64,000 nucleotides of DNA from positions 203,112,001 to 203,176,000 of the forward strand of contig OZ024743.1 of assembly GCA_964016885.1 (NCBI GenBank). Reading direction: 5' to 3'. Shown here piece after piece: positions 1 through 14,216 of the stretch (position 1 is its first letter; each line of letters begins with the position of its first letter). The position numbers and the translations under genes are program-made. This stretch comes from Eledone cirrhosa. Taxonomy: Eukaryota. The notes beneath the pieces were generated by a model. That model saw only the letters and a program-made list of their open reading frames with translations, had not been told where the DNA came from and did no database searches.

Positions 1-37
<37 letters not shown>

Positions 38-41
<4 letters not shown>

Positions 42-240
42 AGATTCAGGACAACGACGGTTGAAGTCCGGCCGTTTCGACAGCTATATTCGAACGCATA
101 CATGTTCGGACATAGCTATCGAAACGGCCGGAGGTCAGCCGTCGGAGCCTGAATCTTTTCATATTACTCACTCTACTTCCTCAAGTATCGAGTACTCTAG
201 TGAATTATGGTCAACCCTGTTATTTTACCACACCCTATCT
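38..240. repeat. Family F-like fold-back element
   Basis: gaaaagattcagg...cctgaatcttttc palindrome carrying the GAAAcggc...gccGTC hammerhead half. Confidence 0.75.
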
Positions 241-242
241 GT

Positions 243-278
<36 letters not shown>

Positions 279-471
279 TCACTGATATAAATAATCGAAA
301 GTATATTTATAAAACCATATTTATTCTATTATATATGTTTCAAGGGTACCAACATTTTGGTACGCTCTCACCAGATAAAATACAAAGTTGGTTTTATAAA
401 TATTGACATATCCAGGGAGGAGGTCTTAACGGTTCAGGTTTTTCCCAATTATTTCTACACACACACAAAAA

Positions 472-517
<46 letters not shown>

Positions 518-539
518 TGTTTTTGTGTGTGTGTGTGCG

Positions 540-810
540 GGGACAGAAATAATTAGGCTGGATACCCGATCGCGCAGTTAAACCACTGGGAGTGAAGGAC
601 CCCTATCCTTAGTCATGGCATTCTTCTAGGAGAAGGCAACTCAGGAAACTGGGATAACCCCTACATAAACCTGCAGCTTAGTAGTTACCGATGATGTTGA
701 TCTTTTCTTCTTTTCGGGCTATAGCTACTGTCGCTCAGAGAGTGGGGTTGGCTCAGTGCACAGTCTTTCCGCACTTTAAAAAAGATTTTCGCTCACAGGC
801 AGTGCACAAT
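540..810 (+). mobile_element. Diverged copy of the RTE-5'-like repeat
   Basis: ttctaggagaaggcaactc...gatgatgttga...agagagtggg...cacaggca aligns to the reverse complement of 46135-46325. Confidence 0.55.
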
Positions 811-939
811 AGAATTAATAATAATTATTAATAATGGTATATCGTGCAATAGCCATACTCGGAGGTTTGAAAAAGGAATAAGGAAAACAGTGGTCAATCG
901 GGAAGAAAGCCGATATATCTTATCATATAGGTATGTTCA

Positions 940-1044
940 TATGCAGTACAAAACCACCACCTAATGTTTCAAGGCCCAATATTGAGCCTTTCCCCAGATG
1001 ATTCTAAGTGCGATCAAAATTGAAACCTCATCTTCAGGCGCATA
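940..1044 (-). ncRNA. Probable hammerhead motif with long stem II
   Basis: tatgcgc-CTGAAGA-tgagg..cctt-GAAA-ca..tg-TA-ctgcata; first stem-I pair mismatched. Confidence 0.5.
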
Positions 1045-1569
1045 AACGAATTTTTAATAAACCGTTAAATGTATAGAGTGATAAAGATCTAGTTTCGGAA
1101 AAGCATATAAGAATGAGCAATGACTCCATGATGTAAATTTGAAATAGCTATATTGTACACGTGTAAGTATACGTGTGAAGTAGAGTAGTATAGGTGTACT
1201 GTATTATGTAAGTATTGAAATAGGAAGAGAGAAAAAAGATATTGATAAAATATATAAATCAAATTAAATGGTTGAAATCAGTTGAATTTGTTGAGTATTT
1301 GTACTTAGCAATCCGGTTGCTTTTGAGATGGAGGCATCCTTTGAAATTTCGTTATTTGGATTCAAGTAATTATGTTCGGAGACGAGAAACCTTGTAATAT
1401 TTTAAATTTCTTATTAAAACAGAGACGACTTCTCTGGAAAACATGTCTTTACGCTTGTGTTTCTCTTACATTTTCTATATAATACAGACACACACACACA
1501 CACACATACACACACCCACACACCCATACACACACACACACACCCACACACCATACACACACACACACA

Positions 1570-1662
<93 letters not shown>

Positions 1663-1736
1663 ATATATATATATAAGCAATGGGATATTTAATTTGTTGG
1701 TAATTCAACAAATATATATATTTATAAAACCGTAAT

Positions 1737-1797
1737 TATTATATTATATATATTTCAAGGGTACCAAAACTTTGGTATGCACTCATCAGATAAAATA
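1737..1797 (-). ncRNA. Hammerhead motif (family E), left arm of a fold-back
   Basis: tattttat-CTGATGA-gtgcatacc..ggtaccctt-GAAA-tatata-TA-atataata. Confidence 0.68.
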
Positions 1798-1939
1798 CAA
1801 AGTTTGTTTTATAAATATTGACATATCCAGGAATGAGACCTTAACAGTCCAAGTTTCAACTGACTATCCAGTTGTAACTTGAACTGTTAAGGTCTCATTC
1901 CTGGATATGTCAATATTTATAAAACAAAAATTCTATTTA

Positions 1940-1996
1940 TTTTATCTGATGAGTGCGTCCGAAAGTTTTGGTACCCTTGAAATATATATAATAGAA
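1940..1996 (+). ncRNA. Hammerhead motif (family E), right arm of a fold-back
   Basis: ttttat-CTGATGA...GAAA-tatata-TA-atagaa; stem II partly eroded. Confidence 0.62.
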
Positions 1997-2406
1997 TAAC
2001 TATGGTTTTATAAATATAGTTTCCATTTATTAATATCATTGATATATATATATTTCAATATATATATATATAGGTCATGGTGGGATTAGAGGATGGGGAT
2101 TCTTAGAATAAACAACATTTATTTAGAGAAAGAAGTTTAGTGGCAAGTTGCAATTGAAATAAACACTTCCTTATTCTATAGTACAATTTTGAACAAAAGG
2201 TATATCAAATAGTTGATCGAACATCTGTGGAAATGGTAGGTTGGGACCAGGTGACAGGCACACACACCAACACACCACCGCCCACGCACGCGCCACACCC
2301 ACACACATGCACATAAATACATATATACACATACATATACATATATACAGACACACATACATACATGTATATATATATGTACATATACATATATATATAT
2401 ACATAC

Positions 2407-2467
<61 letters not shown>

Positions 2468-2516
2468 CATATGTATATATATATATATATATATATGTAT
2501 ATACATATGTATATAC

Positions 2517-2567
<51 letters not shown>

Positions 2568-2657
2568 ATGACTTGATTTTTTTATTTCATTGTTTTAACT
2601 TATATATATATATATATACGTATATATATACACGTACATATACATATATATATATAA

Positions 2658-2709
<52 letters not shown>

Positions 2710-3099
2710 AGTGTAAGTTTCTACACAAAACGAAGGTTATAGAGAAAATTGAGGTTGGTAATGGCACATGGAATATATAAGATACAGAATACTTTTTTGT
2801 GAAAAAACATATAATTTTATAAGGTAAGGAAAGAATAAAGGGTATAACAAATGACCGGTTTCGATGGTTCTGCAAAAGCCATCTTTTCAAATGTTGATTA
2901 ATATTAAGAAAAATTAATAATACTAAGAGTAGTAATTTGAGATTTGAAAATTCAAGTATAAAATTCAGTGTGGGATTTCATAGTAGTTTTCATCTTGGTA
3001 GCAGCAAGTTGACTGCTGTGTGTCCCTTTCTGGTAGTGAATGAGGAATTATTTGTGGGGAGTGGATTTTTTTAAAGGGAAGAAATAAAGAAATAAAGAA

Positions 3100-5118
3100 A
3101 TAAAGCACTGGACACGTACTGCGAACACATCACCAACTTTCCCTATGAAAAAATTACAAATAAACACACGAAATCAAACCTATCTACACACGAATGGGAA
3201 GAATTATTCACACTTAGAAACAACCCTGAGATAACCATCAAAGAAGCCGATAAAGGCAGTACTGTTGTCATTATGAATACGGACTACTATAGGACCCTCG
3301 CACTTAACATTTTAGAAAACAACACATACTATAAAAAAACAGAAAACTACAAACACACCAAAACAATGTGGAACCTTTTGACCTTACTGAATAAATACCG
3401 CAACAGCTTAACCACAAAAGAGTTTAACTATATAAGCCACTTCAAATGCAATACAAGCTCTTTTTACGGCTTACCGAAACTCCACAAATGTAAACCCATA
3501 AACGATGCATGTGACACCTCAACCAACAATTACATTGAACTAACACCACCAGAAGACCTAAAACTCAGGCCAATTATAGCAGGCTCTACATGTGAAACCC
3601 ACAGACTTAGCAACTTTCTGGACATCCTACTGAAACCCTTTCTACAACATATACAGAGCTACATACGAGATGACCTTGACATGCTGAAACACCTACCTAA
3701 AACAGTAAGTGCAGATACAATTCTTGTCTCCTTTGACCTAATAAACCTCTACACAAACATACCCACAACTATGGAATAACAGCAGTCCAATGCTGGCTTA
3801 ACACACACCCATCAGAAATACCGACACGCATCAACAAATATTTTATCACTGACGGACTCCGCTTTATCCTACAAAATAACTACTTCACATTCAATGGTTC
3901 AACATACAGACAAGTATCAGGTACTGCAATGGGCACGAAAGTAGCACCCACATATGCCAACCTAGTCATGGGATTCCATGAACAACAAATATACAGTCAG
4001 TCCCTTCTCTTATTTGGAGACTCTTTCCACACACACCTTAAAGCCAATTGGAAAAGATATCTAGACGACTGCTTTATCCTATGGCAAGAAGACATGAACT
4101 CACTTACTATGTTTAAAAACATGATAAACAACATAGATAATAACATACAATTCACAATGGAATCCAATCCCAAGGAATTAGCCTTCTTGGATATGCTCAT
4201 CTCTGTAATAGAAGGGAGATTAGATACAGATATATTCTATAAACCCACAGATTCCAAGCAATACCTCTTTTTCACATCAAGTCACCCAAAACATACAAAA
4301 CTTAACATTCCTTACAATTTGGCCAAACGTATATGTACCATAGTATCAGATCCACCTAAACGGGAGCAAAGACTAAAGGAACTAAAAGACACCCTTATCT
4401 TAAGAGCCTTTCCACTTGAAATAATCAACAATGGAATAGACAGGGCAAAACACCTAAATCCCCATCAACTTAACAATCCAAAACAGAAAACCACACTCAA
4501 CACCCTGCCATATGTATCCACTTTCAACCCCAGAAATACCTAAATGTTTGATCACCTACACAAAAACCTCCCCATCCTGCTTAAAGATGTAAAAATAAAG
4601 TCTATTCTTGAAACACACAGAACCTTAAAAGTAAAAGACAACCCAAATCACTAAAACGCATTCTCACTGGACCAAATATACCCAAGCCAATCCTCAACCC
4701 TACAGTTACCAAATGTGGTAGAACAAACTGTGGAACGTGCCTCTACCTCACTGAAGGACAAAAATTTACATTTAAAGATGGCCAAATATTTACAGTAAAA
4801 AACAATTTCACCTGCAACTCGGAGAACTTGATTTACGCAATAACTTGCGGTGGGTGCAAACACAACTACATAGGACAGACGGGCACCTCATTACGCAAAA
4901 GAATGACCATCCACCGCCAACAAATCCGGGACGCTAACACAAGAAAAATCCCTTTGAGCAGCCATATTGCGAACTGCGCAGGAATGAAACTACCCAACTT
5001 TAAAATCTTCCCCTTCTACAAGTGCTCAGATTCGTTCACACAGCAACAAAGAATAAACAAAGAAAATCTATTCCTTAACAAATTTAAACCAAAACTAAAC
5101 GGGTTATCACCCCAATAG
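3100..5118 (+). pseudogene. Disrupted PLE RT-GIY-YIG ORF (family A)
   Basis: IKEADKG, FYGLPKLHK, LRPIIAG, SFDLINLYTNIP, GTAMGTKVAPTYANL, WKRYLDDCF, FLD, YKPTDS; Cys linker KCGRTNCGTC; NLIYAITCGGC..NYIGQT...RMTIHR; frameshifts and stops. Confidence 0.93.
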
Positions 5119-5816
5119 AAGTGTCATAAAATATAAACACACATACGCACGGAGTGACAGATATGTGTATGTATGTGTGCATGTATATAATTATCACTAC
5201 TATTAAAGACCAGAGACCAATTCTGTAGAATCAGGTTTATTCGTTGACAGACCATGCCTTTGTGTGACCAACAGATCCATGTTAAACCCTGCACGTGCAC
5301 ACACATATATCTATATATATATGCGCACACATAATTCACCACTGTCGGTTGCGGAGCCCAATCTACATGAAGAACTCAATGTGATCAGAATGACTTGTAT
5401 TTTAATTTCACTGTTCTAACTACTTATATTATGGAAAAAATATGTGTATGTATGTATATATATATATTTGGAGGCCATTTCTCTATATGTGTGGGTGTAT
5501 ATATGTGTATGTGTGTGTGTGTGTATGTATGTGCATGTGGATGTATGTATGTGGATGTATGTGTGTGTGTGTGTGTGTATGTATGTGTGTATCTGGATGT
5601 ATGTGTATGTATATATATGTGTGTGTGTGTGTATATATATGTGTGTGTATGTGTATATATGTGTGTGTGCGTGTTTTTATATGTGTATGTATATATGTGT
5701 GAGTGTATGTATGTGTTTGTGTATATATATGGGTGTGTGTGTATATGTATGTGTGTGTATGTGTATGTGTGTGTGTGTATGTGTGTATGTATATGTATGT
5801 GTGTGTGTATGTATGG

Positions 5817-5902
<86 letters not shown>

Positions 5903-6257
5903 ATGTATATGTATGTGTGTGTGGATGAGGGTATGTGTATATATAGGTGTAAGTGCACTAAATCCCTTTCTATCACTCTCCCCTCTCCTACCGACCACAT
6001 GGAGATATATGTATGTATATTGCTTCCACCCCCTCACTGACCAGCAGCTGGCCATATGGCCATTGGTAAATCTGACCTTAAAAAAAAACCACTCCCCACA
6101 AATAATTCCTCATTCACTACCAGAATGGGACACACAGCAGTCAACTTGCTGCTACCAAGATGAAAACTACTATGAAATCCCACACTGAATTTTATACTTG
6201 AATTTTCAAATCTCAAATTTTAACTCTTCTTATTATTAATTTTTCTTAATATTAATC

Positions 6258-6305
6258 AACATTTGAAAAGATGGCTTTTGCAGACCCATCGAAACCGGTC
6301 ATTTT
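6258..6305 (+). ncRNA. Minimal U3:A8 hammerhead motif in the family A pLTR (inverted copy at 2853-2890)
   Basis: TTGAAAA-gatgg..ccatc-GAAA-ccgg-TC; palindromic stem III, weak stem I. Confidence 0.68.
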
Positions 6306-6426
6306 TTTATACTCTTTATTCTTTCCTTACCTTATAAAATTATATGTTTTTTCACAAAAAAGTATTCTGTCTCTTATATATTCCATGTGCCATTACCAAC
6401 CTCAATTTTCTCTCTCTCTCTCTCTC

Positions 6427-6515
<89 letters not shown>

Positions 6516-6606
6516 CGAAGGAGATGTGGTAAGGTACCAAGTGGACTATAAAGCACCAAAGTACTCAATACGTAGGATAGTAGAGTGGGTAATAGGAACA
6601 AGTAAG

Positions 6607-6700
6607 ACCCCGACGGCTGAGCTCAAGCGGTTTCGACGGCTAATTGTGGACTAAATGAAAATTTATCCTTGTATATAAATAGCCGAGCTTCTCAAGGGGT
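6607..6700 (-). ncRNA. Type I hammerhead ribozyme motif, U3:A8 core, long stem II (family F)
   Basis: acccc-TTGAGAA-gctcggcta..tagccgtc-GAAA-ccgcttgagctcagccg-TC-ggggt; other family F copies have a perfect ACGGCT/AGCCGT stem III. Confidence 0.78.
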
Positions 6701-6931
6701 AATTCCATATATGGTAAAAGTGATTGTCACAAGGATTGGTCACAAGTTAGTAGTAATTCTGTGATGGCAAATTAGTGGGGGAGAGGGTGGCTAAACCTGC
6801 CAGTAGGAGAAAAAGGGGAGGGGGTGGAGTCTACTCCACCCCCTCCCCCTTTTCTCCAGAAAATAATGGTCGCATTTTAAATGGGTACGTCAAAGCTTAT
6901 TTGTATTTTGTATATTGTATTTTGTATATTG

Positions 6932-6996
6932 TATTTTGTCTGATGAATGGATACCATAATTTAATTTGGTATCCCTGAAATATGTATAATGAAATA
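6932..6996 (+). ncRNA. Type I hammerhead motif, canonical core (family E)
   Basis: tattttgt-CTGATGA-atggatacca..tggtatccct-GAAA-tatgta-TA-atgaaata; 8-bp stem I including two G-U pairs. Confidence 0.8.
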
Positions 6997-7046
6997 AATA
7001 TGGTTTTATAAATATAGTTTCCATTTATTAATATCGTATATACATA

Positions 7047-7147
<101 letters not shown>

Positions 7148-7265
7148 CTACATACATATACACACATACATACACACACACATGTGTATATACATACACA
7201 TATACGCATACACATATATACACATATACACATATATATATACACATATGCATACACATATACAC

Positions 7266-7310
<45 letters not shown>

Positions 7311-7407
7311 CACATATACATACATACGCATATATATATACATATATATACATACACACACACATACACACATATATATATATATACATATACACACACA
7401 CACATGC

Positions 7408-7438
<31 letters not shown>

Positions 7439-7479
7439 TATATACACATAGAAACACATATAAAAATACACAAAGGGGA

Positions 7480-8853
7480 ACATTTAAGGAAACAATCAAG
7501 ATATGAAAAACCATCAAATAACAAATTAAAATTAAGTAACATAAAATACAAGTAGAGAAAAGTAAAGTATAATTTATAAGTTTGATAGGTAACAAATCGA
7601 AGGTAGGGTTGGGTAGGAAGGGGGGCGCGTGTGCGTATGTTTAATGTTTAATGTCGATTCCGATGTCTTATGAGATCATCGTTCAGGGGGAAGAACTGGT
7701 CTATATGACTTGTAAGTTTCATAGTTTTTGTGCATGCAATTCGGGTAGTATTCTGAGAGTCTATTGAGTAAGGGTCCTTTGGCGAATAGTATTTCGTAAC
7801 TCTCGGAAATAAAAGGGTCACAACAATTATGGCCTCCTGTTTAAGTCCGCGCTCTCTGAAGTAATCTCCATTTGAGCGTAAAGGGGATGGAGTTGCTTTT
7901 TAGGTCCCAGACATGGGCGGCGAGTGTTGTTTGGTTGGAATTGTCTGGGCGTCGAAAAGAATGGATGTGTGCGTACCAACGCGTTTTAAAGTTGTTGGAG
8001 ATCATCCCGATATATTTCTTTCTCTCTTCATCAGGGCCTGAGATGACATCACATTTGTATACAATATCCTTTGTAAGGCATTTATTGCTGAAGGGGCATG
8101 CAGCCTTATCGTCGCAGTTGCACTGAACCTCAGTACCGGGATGGGTTTCGGAGGTAGTAGACTTATTTAACTTAAAAATATTAATATTGGTTAAGTTCCT
8201 AGCTCGATTTGGTGTAGTGGAGTAAGAGAGTCTGATTGTATTCTTATTAAAGATGGTGTAGTACCTATGTTGGGTGGGGAAGTGTTTGTGCAATAGAGTA
8301 CAGAAAAGTTTTGCTATAGGTGTAGATACCTCGCGGTTGAAAGGGGGGTTGTACCAGCTAATTTGCCTCTTCCTATTCCTCCTGGGTGGACGTGGGGCTA
8401 TTCTGAGATAAGAGAACTTATCTTTAAAACCGCTACGGGCTAGGGCTTCGTTGTAATAGGGGGCCGCGGCGCTAAAAATATCCTCATTGGCGGATAGGCC
8501 AGAGATCCTAGGGAGACACTTTTAACTAAATTATCTGTGATGTTCTTGGGGTGATTCGAGTTAACGTCTATATATCTAAGGGATTCGTTAGGTTTGTGGT
8601 ACGGATAATAAAGGGAGGTTTCTAAGTCGAGAGTTACATGTAAGAAGTTGGCTTTAGTTAAACTCAACTCTATAGTTATTCTGAGGCCTATTTTATTGAA
8701 GAAAGCGTTAAGGTTTTTCCGAAACCCATCGGTAGTCCTGGGGTTAATTTTATGCAGGGCAAAGGTGCCGTCATCTCGGTATAATCCGCCTGTAAGGCAT
8801 ATGGACTGAGTGCTCTACTTACTACGGATATAACATCCCAGTGTTCTACCACA

Positions 8854-8855
<2 letters not shown>
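7480..8855 (-). mobile_element. PLE fragment of a second clade (YRDDG-type RT, CNC..CP..CL GIY-YIG)
   Basis: Minus strand GLYRDDG (~8775), NFLHVTLDL, YHKPN..LRYIDVNSNHP, CNCDDKAACPFSNKCLTKDIVYKC, KYIGM, FKTRWYAH; short inverted terminal stub at 8802-8852 matches 49149-49195. Confidence 0.88.
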
Positions 8856-8933
<78 letters not shown>

Positions 8934-9181
8934 TTTATTATTGTCGTTAAGGGATGAGTCCGTGTAACTGAATGCATAGGTGAAATTCCACCGTCTCTAG
9001 ACTCATCACATAATAAAGAAAAATTAAACTCTTACTCGGTTTCGGTATAGAATGTTTACATCCGACAATATCCTATGCTTATACATACACACGTACACAC
9101 AGACACACACACATATAACGCAATGTAAGTTATTCTCACTCATATAGATTATGGTGCTTTCAATAATATTTTTGTAATTTT

Positions 9182-9242
<61 letters not shown>

Positions 9243-9248
9243 GACACA

Positions 9249-9293
<45 letters not shown>

Positions 9294-9749
9294 GTGTGTG
9301 GGCTTGTGTGTGTGTGCGTATGTGTGTGTGAGTGTGTGTAAGTATATATATATGTATATATGTGTATATAGTATAACATCAACGACAGTCAGAAAACAAA
9401 AGACGTTAATACAATCCTAAGGCGAAATTCAGTAGTATAAGATTTACTAGTTTAACGGTTGAATGAAATAAATGATTGTTTTTAAGATTCCAACGTTGGA
9501 ATATCATATGAAAACAAAACAAAAATAGAACGGGAATCGGGGGAGACATTTACAAGCATTTTCAACACTCCTACGATGTTTAATGTAAATTTTGGTTGAT
9601 AGTTTATGCAAATTATGAGAAATAAGAAAGAGAACTAGAATGTAAAGAGATAGAGAGAGAGAGGGGCTAGTGATGAAAGCCGACAGACAGAAAGAGAAAC
9701 GGAACGTAATGTTAATCAAAAACTGAGAATTTGTTACCTGTGAAAGAGA

Positions 9750-10748
9750 TATCTTTCTTTAATTGATAGAGGGTCGTACAAAAATGGGACATTACATGAC
9801 GTGACGGAGGGGGTTTTACATAAAAATCATATAACTTTAACATTAATAAATAACAATAAACTATATATAATAAAATAACAATTGAAATCCCGAATAGAGG
9901 GGAACGTTACTGCAAGTATGTTTCACACCCCGTGGATAGAACAACCCTCAACACCAGGAATACGTTTTGTAGGTGTTCAAGTCTTCCCTCTGTTTATCTT
10001 TCTCAACATACAGGTATATATACAGAGAAGGCCCATTCACTCTGGCCATTTTCACCACATTCACACACCTTTCAGAGAATTTACTGGGGTGTAGCATCTC
10101 TCTCTCTCCACTCGCACCTTCCTTCTGCAGTGATACTTAAAGAAGAGGATGAGTTGTTGTCCGGAGAGAAAGGTGTTTGCCCTCAGTCCTTTTAACCTCG
10201 TCCACAATATTACCTCTTTCGCCATAGCCACCAGACAGAGGAAAATCGCCTCTCCATTCTTAAATGAAGGCGGCGGGGTGATCCTCACAATGGACTCGGC
10301 TAAAAACTGGATGCGTCCCACACGTGACAGTAGCTTTTCGACATAATACCACAGGTCGGTCACCCCCGGGCACTGAACAATTGCGTGCAGAACGGTTTCG
10401 ATGTCCTGCTCGCATCCTGAACAAGTCCTTTTGGCAGGATCTCTGCAAGGGCGTCCGTGTCTGTAGATTTTGTCTCGATCTATTAGAGATCCTCGGTAGC
10501 ATTGCCACGCCAGAGACCTCTGAAAGTTATCCATAGGCCCTGGCCGGAAAGTCCTTCCGAACAGACTGGTCAGTTCGTCCTCCTCAATGCCTAGAGTTTC
10601 CCCGAGAACGTCGTCGCAATTATCCTCCACTAATCCCGTATAGAATGTCGAAGTGGAGACTCCGGTGATTGCCGTTTCCGCTTTGTAGAGAGTTGTGAGC
10701 ACCTGAAGGCACTCGAGGTGCCAGGCAAGAGATAGCCCGACAAACAGT
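9750..10748 (-). mobile_element. L1/Tx1-type LINE 3' fragment (zf-RVT C-terminus of ORF2 plus 3' UTR)
   Basis: ORF 10061-10702: FQRSLAWQCYRG, CSGCEQDIETVLHAIVQC zinc knuckle, then LW...AKEVILWTR. Confidence 0.8.
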
Positions 10749-10749
10749 G

Positions 10750-10777
<28 letters not shown>

Positions 10778-10780
<3 letters not shown>

Positions 10781-11314
10781 AAAGAATAGAGGTGTAACAC
10801 ACAAGTTATTATATATTGGTAAACGGAATAGAAAATGCTGACAATTTGTTCACAGTTGAAAAATGGTTTAATTAGGAATAAAAGAGTATTAGTGATTGTA
10901 TGGGTTAGTATTCAGTTGTGGTTTTAAGTTTTTAAGTTTTTACCGGTTGCGCATTTCTAAATACTTTTCAAAAATAATTTTGAGATAGAGTGTCCGTGCT
11001 GTTTGCTCTGATCTGATTAGTTTTGGGAATTCTACCTGTTTTTATGTTAAAAAGTGGCTCCAGCGTTATTTTTGTGTTGCAAAAATTCTTGTGGTCAAAA
11101 CAATTTTGATTGGTCGGTAGAGGTCATGTGAATGTAAAAAGTTGATTTTGCGCCAAGACTGTTTTTATGTGAAAAAAGTGGCTCCAGCAAAAATTCTTGG
11201 TCAAAACAATTTTGATTGGTCGGTAGAGGTCATGTGAATAAAAAATTGGTTTTGCGCCAAGATTGAGAAATGACTCTTTCACAACAAATATGTGTGTGTG
11301 TGTGTGTATATGTG

Positions 11315-11367
<53 letters not shown>

Positions 11368-11561
11368 TGTGTGTGTGTGTGTCTAGTAGTAGTAGTAGTA
11401 GTAAGGTGTTCGATGCTGTGACAATGGCCAGCAGCGTTGTGTGTCAAATGGCTATTAAGATAAGTGTGTGTGTGTGTATAGCAGAGTGATTCGTGGTGGT
11501 AGGGATGGTCAGTAAGAATGTGTCTGAAAGCAATGGGGGGTATTTTAGCATGTCAAAAGAT

Positions 11562-11626
<65 letters not shown>

Positions 11627-13624
11627 GCAGAGTAATTTGTGGTGGCAGGGATGGTCAGTAAGAATGTGTCTGAAAGCAATGGGGGGTATTTTAGCATGTC
11701 AAAAGATATTTTTCAGCTTTTGTCTTATACGGAGAAGTGCGTGTGTGTGTATATAAGTCTCTTTGTATGTTGATGTACGCGTGTGTATGTGTTTGTGTAT
11801 ATATATATGTGTGTGCGTGTGGGTGGACCAGTATTTTTTTCCCCCTGGTAAAATGGTGTACATTATTCGATTTTTTCAGTAAAATCGGTTCTCTTAATAG
11901 AACATCACAAATCTTAACAATAAAAGGTGTGAAATGATATTCACTATATATATATACACATACATATATTCACTACATATATATATATATATATATATAC
12001 ATACATATATACATACATATATATGCACACATTTTTCTTTGTATTGCACCATAGAGCATGTGTGTTTACGTGTGTCATTGTGTTTATATGTGTGTAGAGA
12101 TGTGTGCTGATGTAAGTATGTATGTTAACGTGTGTATGTTGTGGGTTCGTCTTAGGGAGAAGTGTTTAGACGGGGTCCGTATTTGTTAATGAAGTAAGAT
12201 TCCTTGCTGATGCGCTGGGTGTGGGTGGCATTATCTTTAAATTTGTAGAGGGGAAAGATTCTGAAGTTGGGATGATTTTGGGCGGCACAGGTATCAATGT
12301 GTTCACTCAGTGGTATTTTCCTGTATTCCCGTATTTTAATTTGTGATCTATGGACAGTCATGCGTTGGCGGAGGCTGTTTTTGGTCTGGCCTATGTATTG
12401 TTCTCGACAACCTGAACAAGTTAATACATATATTAGATTTTCCGATGCACATGCGAAATTGTGTTTTACTATAAAACGTTGTCCATCTTTGAAATAGAAT
12501 TCCGAACCCTCTATTAGGTTGATGCAAATGCCACAGTTGGGTCTATCGCATTTTTTTACTGTGGGTTTCGTTGTTGTGGTTGGCAGTACTTTGGCATGTG
12601 TTAAGATGTTTTTCATTGGCTTGGATTGTCTTTTGCTCTTTATGATATCGTGTGTTCGTAGAATTTGGTTCATTCTATGGTCCTTTTTCAATACAGGGAT
12701 GTTCTGGAGGATGGTGTCAAAGGCCTCATTGTTGAGGGGGTTGTGTGTGGAGATGTATGGAAGAGCTTTTAGTTTTGGTTGATTTACTTTAGGGTGTCTA
12801 AGGTCCTGGGTACTGAGTTTTAGGGCACGTTGGATTCCATTGTCAATTAGTGATGCAGGGTAGTCCCTGCCTATGAGTGTGCCCTTTAGTTCTTGTAGCC
12901 GTAAGTAGCAGATGTTTTTATTGGAGACTATAGTACAGATTCTCTTGGCTAAGTTGTAGGGAATATTAATTTTAACGTGTCTAGGGTGGCAAGAGTTGAA
13001 GGGGAGATATTGCTTGGAGTCTGTGGGCTTGTAGTATATGTCTGTTTCTATTTTTTTGTTATGGATCTTAATGAGGATGTCGAGGAAGGGGAGTTGTTGA
13101 TGGCTCTATTCCATCTTGAAGTTAATATTTGTGTTGAGCCCATTTATAAGGGTGTGAAATTCTTTAAGTTTTTTGATGTTTTCGTGCCAATAGATGAAGC
13201 AGTCATCTAGATATCGCTTCCAGTTCCTTTCAATGTGTAAGTGGAGGGTGTTTCCAAATTTGTTTAAGACTTTAGTGTAGACGGTGATTTCCAGGTATCC
13301 CATGACTAGGTTGGCATAAGTAGGGGCTGTTTTCGTTCCCATAGCGGTCCCAGATTTCTGCCTGTAGGGTTTGTTATTGAAAACGAAGTAATTGTTCTCC
13401 AAGATAAATTTGAGTCCCTCTATCACGAATTATTTTTTGATGCGTTGTGGGAGTTCATTGTGGAAATTATCCAGCCAGAATTGGATAGCTTCTATTCCTA
13501 GGTTGTGGGGGATGTTGGAGTATAGGTTGACTACATCGAACGTCACTAGTAGGGTTTGTTCAGAAAGTGGCATATTAGGGAGGTGGCCATTGTCGCAGCA
13601 TCGAACACCTTACTACTACTACTA

Positions 13625-13678
<54 letters not shown>

Positions 13679-13683
13679 ACACA

Positions 13684-13730
<47 letters not shown>

Positions 13731-14216
13731 ACACACACACACATATTTGTTGTGAAAGAGTCATTTCTCAATCTTGGCGCAAAACCAATTTTTTATTCAC
13801 ATGACCTCTACCGACCAATCAAAATTGTTTTGACCAAGAATTTTTGCTGGAGCCACTTTTTTCACATAAAAACAGTCTTGGCGCAAAAATCAACTTTTTA
13901 CATTCACATGACCTCTACCGACCAATCAAAATTGTTTTGACCACAAGAATTTTTGCAACACAAAAATAACGCTGGAGCCACTTTTTTAACATAAAAACAG
14001 GTAGAATTCCCAAAACTAATCAGATCAGAGCAAACAGCACGGACACTCTATCTCAAAATTATTTTTGAAAAGCATTTAGAAATGCGCAACCGGTAAAAAC
14101 TTAAAAACTTAAAACCACAACTGAATACTAACCCATACAATCACTAATACTGTTTTATTCCTAATTAAACCATTTTTCAACTGTGAACAATGTGTCAGCA
14201 TTTTCTATTCCGTTTA

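Larger units (their letters stand above)
1690..2040. repeat. Family E fold-back palindrome
   Basis: Arms ~1700-1862 and ~1870-2030; other family E pieces at 290-445, 6900-7035 and 59919-60002. Confidence 0.9.
2706..6412 (+). mobile_element. Penelope-like element (family A), 5'-truncated, with an inverted copy of its 3' pLTR at the 5' end
   Basis: RT and GIY-YIG coding at ~3100-5118; 2706-3077 is the reverse complement of ~6075-6412; flanked by (TA)n on both sides. Confidence 0.93.

Noticed and set aside
4700-5118. Possible selenocysteine (in-frame TGA) use in PLE Cys motifs
   Set aside because: The Cys positions I checked in the linker and GIY-YIG are TGT/TGC; the stops present look like ordinary decay.
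8940-9015. gatgagtc...gactcatc hairpin with a TGATGA-like word
   Set aside because: No correctly placed GAAA or stem III on either strand.
11050-11262. Spaced direct repeats resembling a CRISPR-like array
   Set aside because: Only two ~115-bp tandem units inside the family B pLTR, with no unique spacers or cas genes, in a eukaryotic context.
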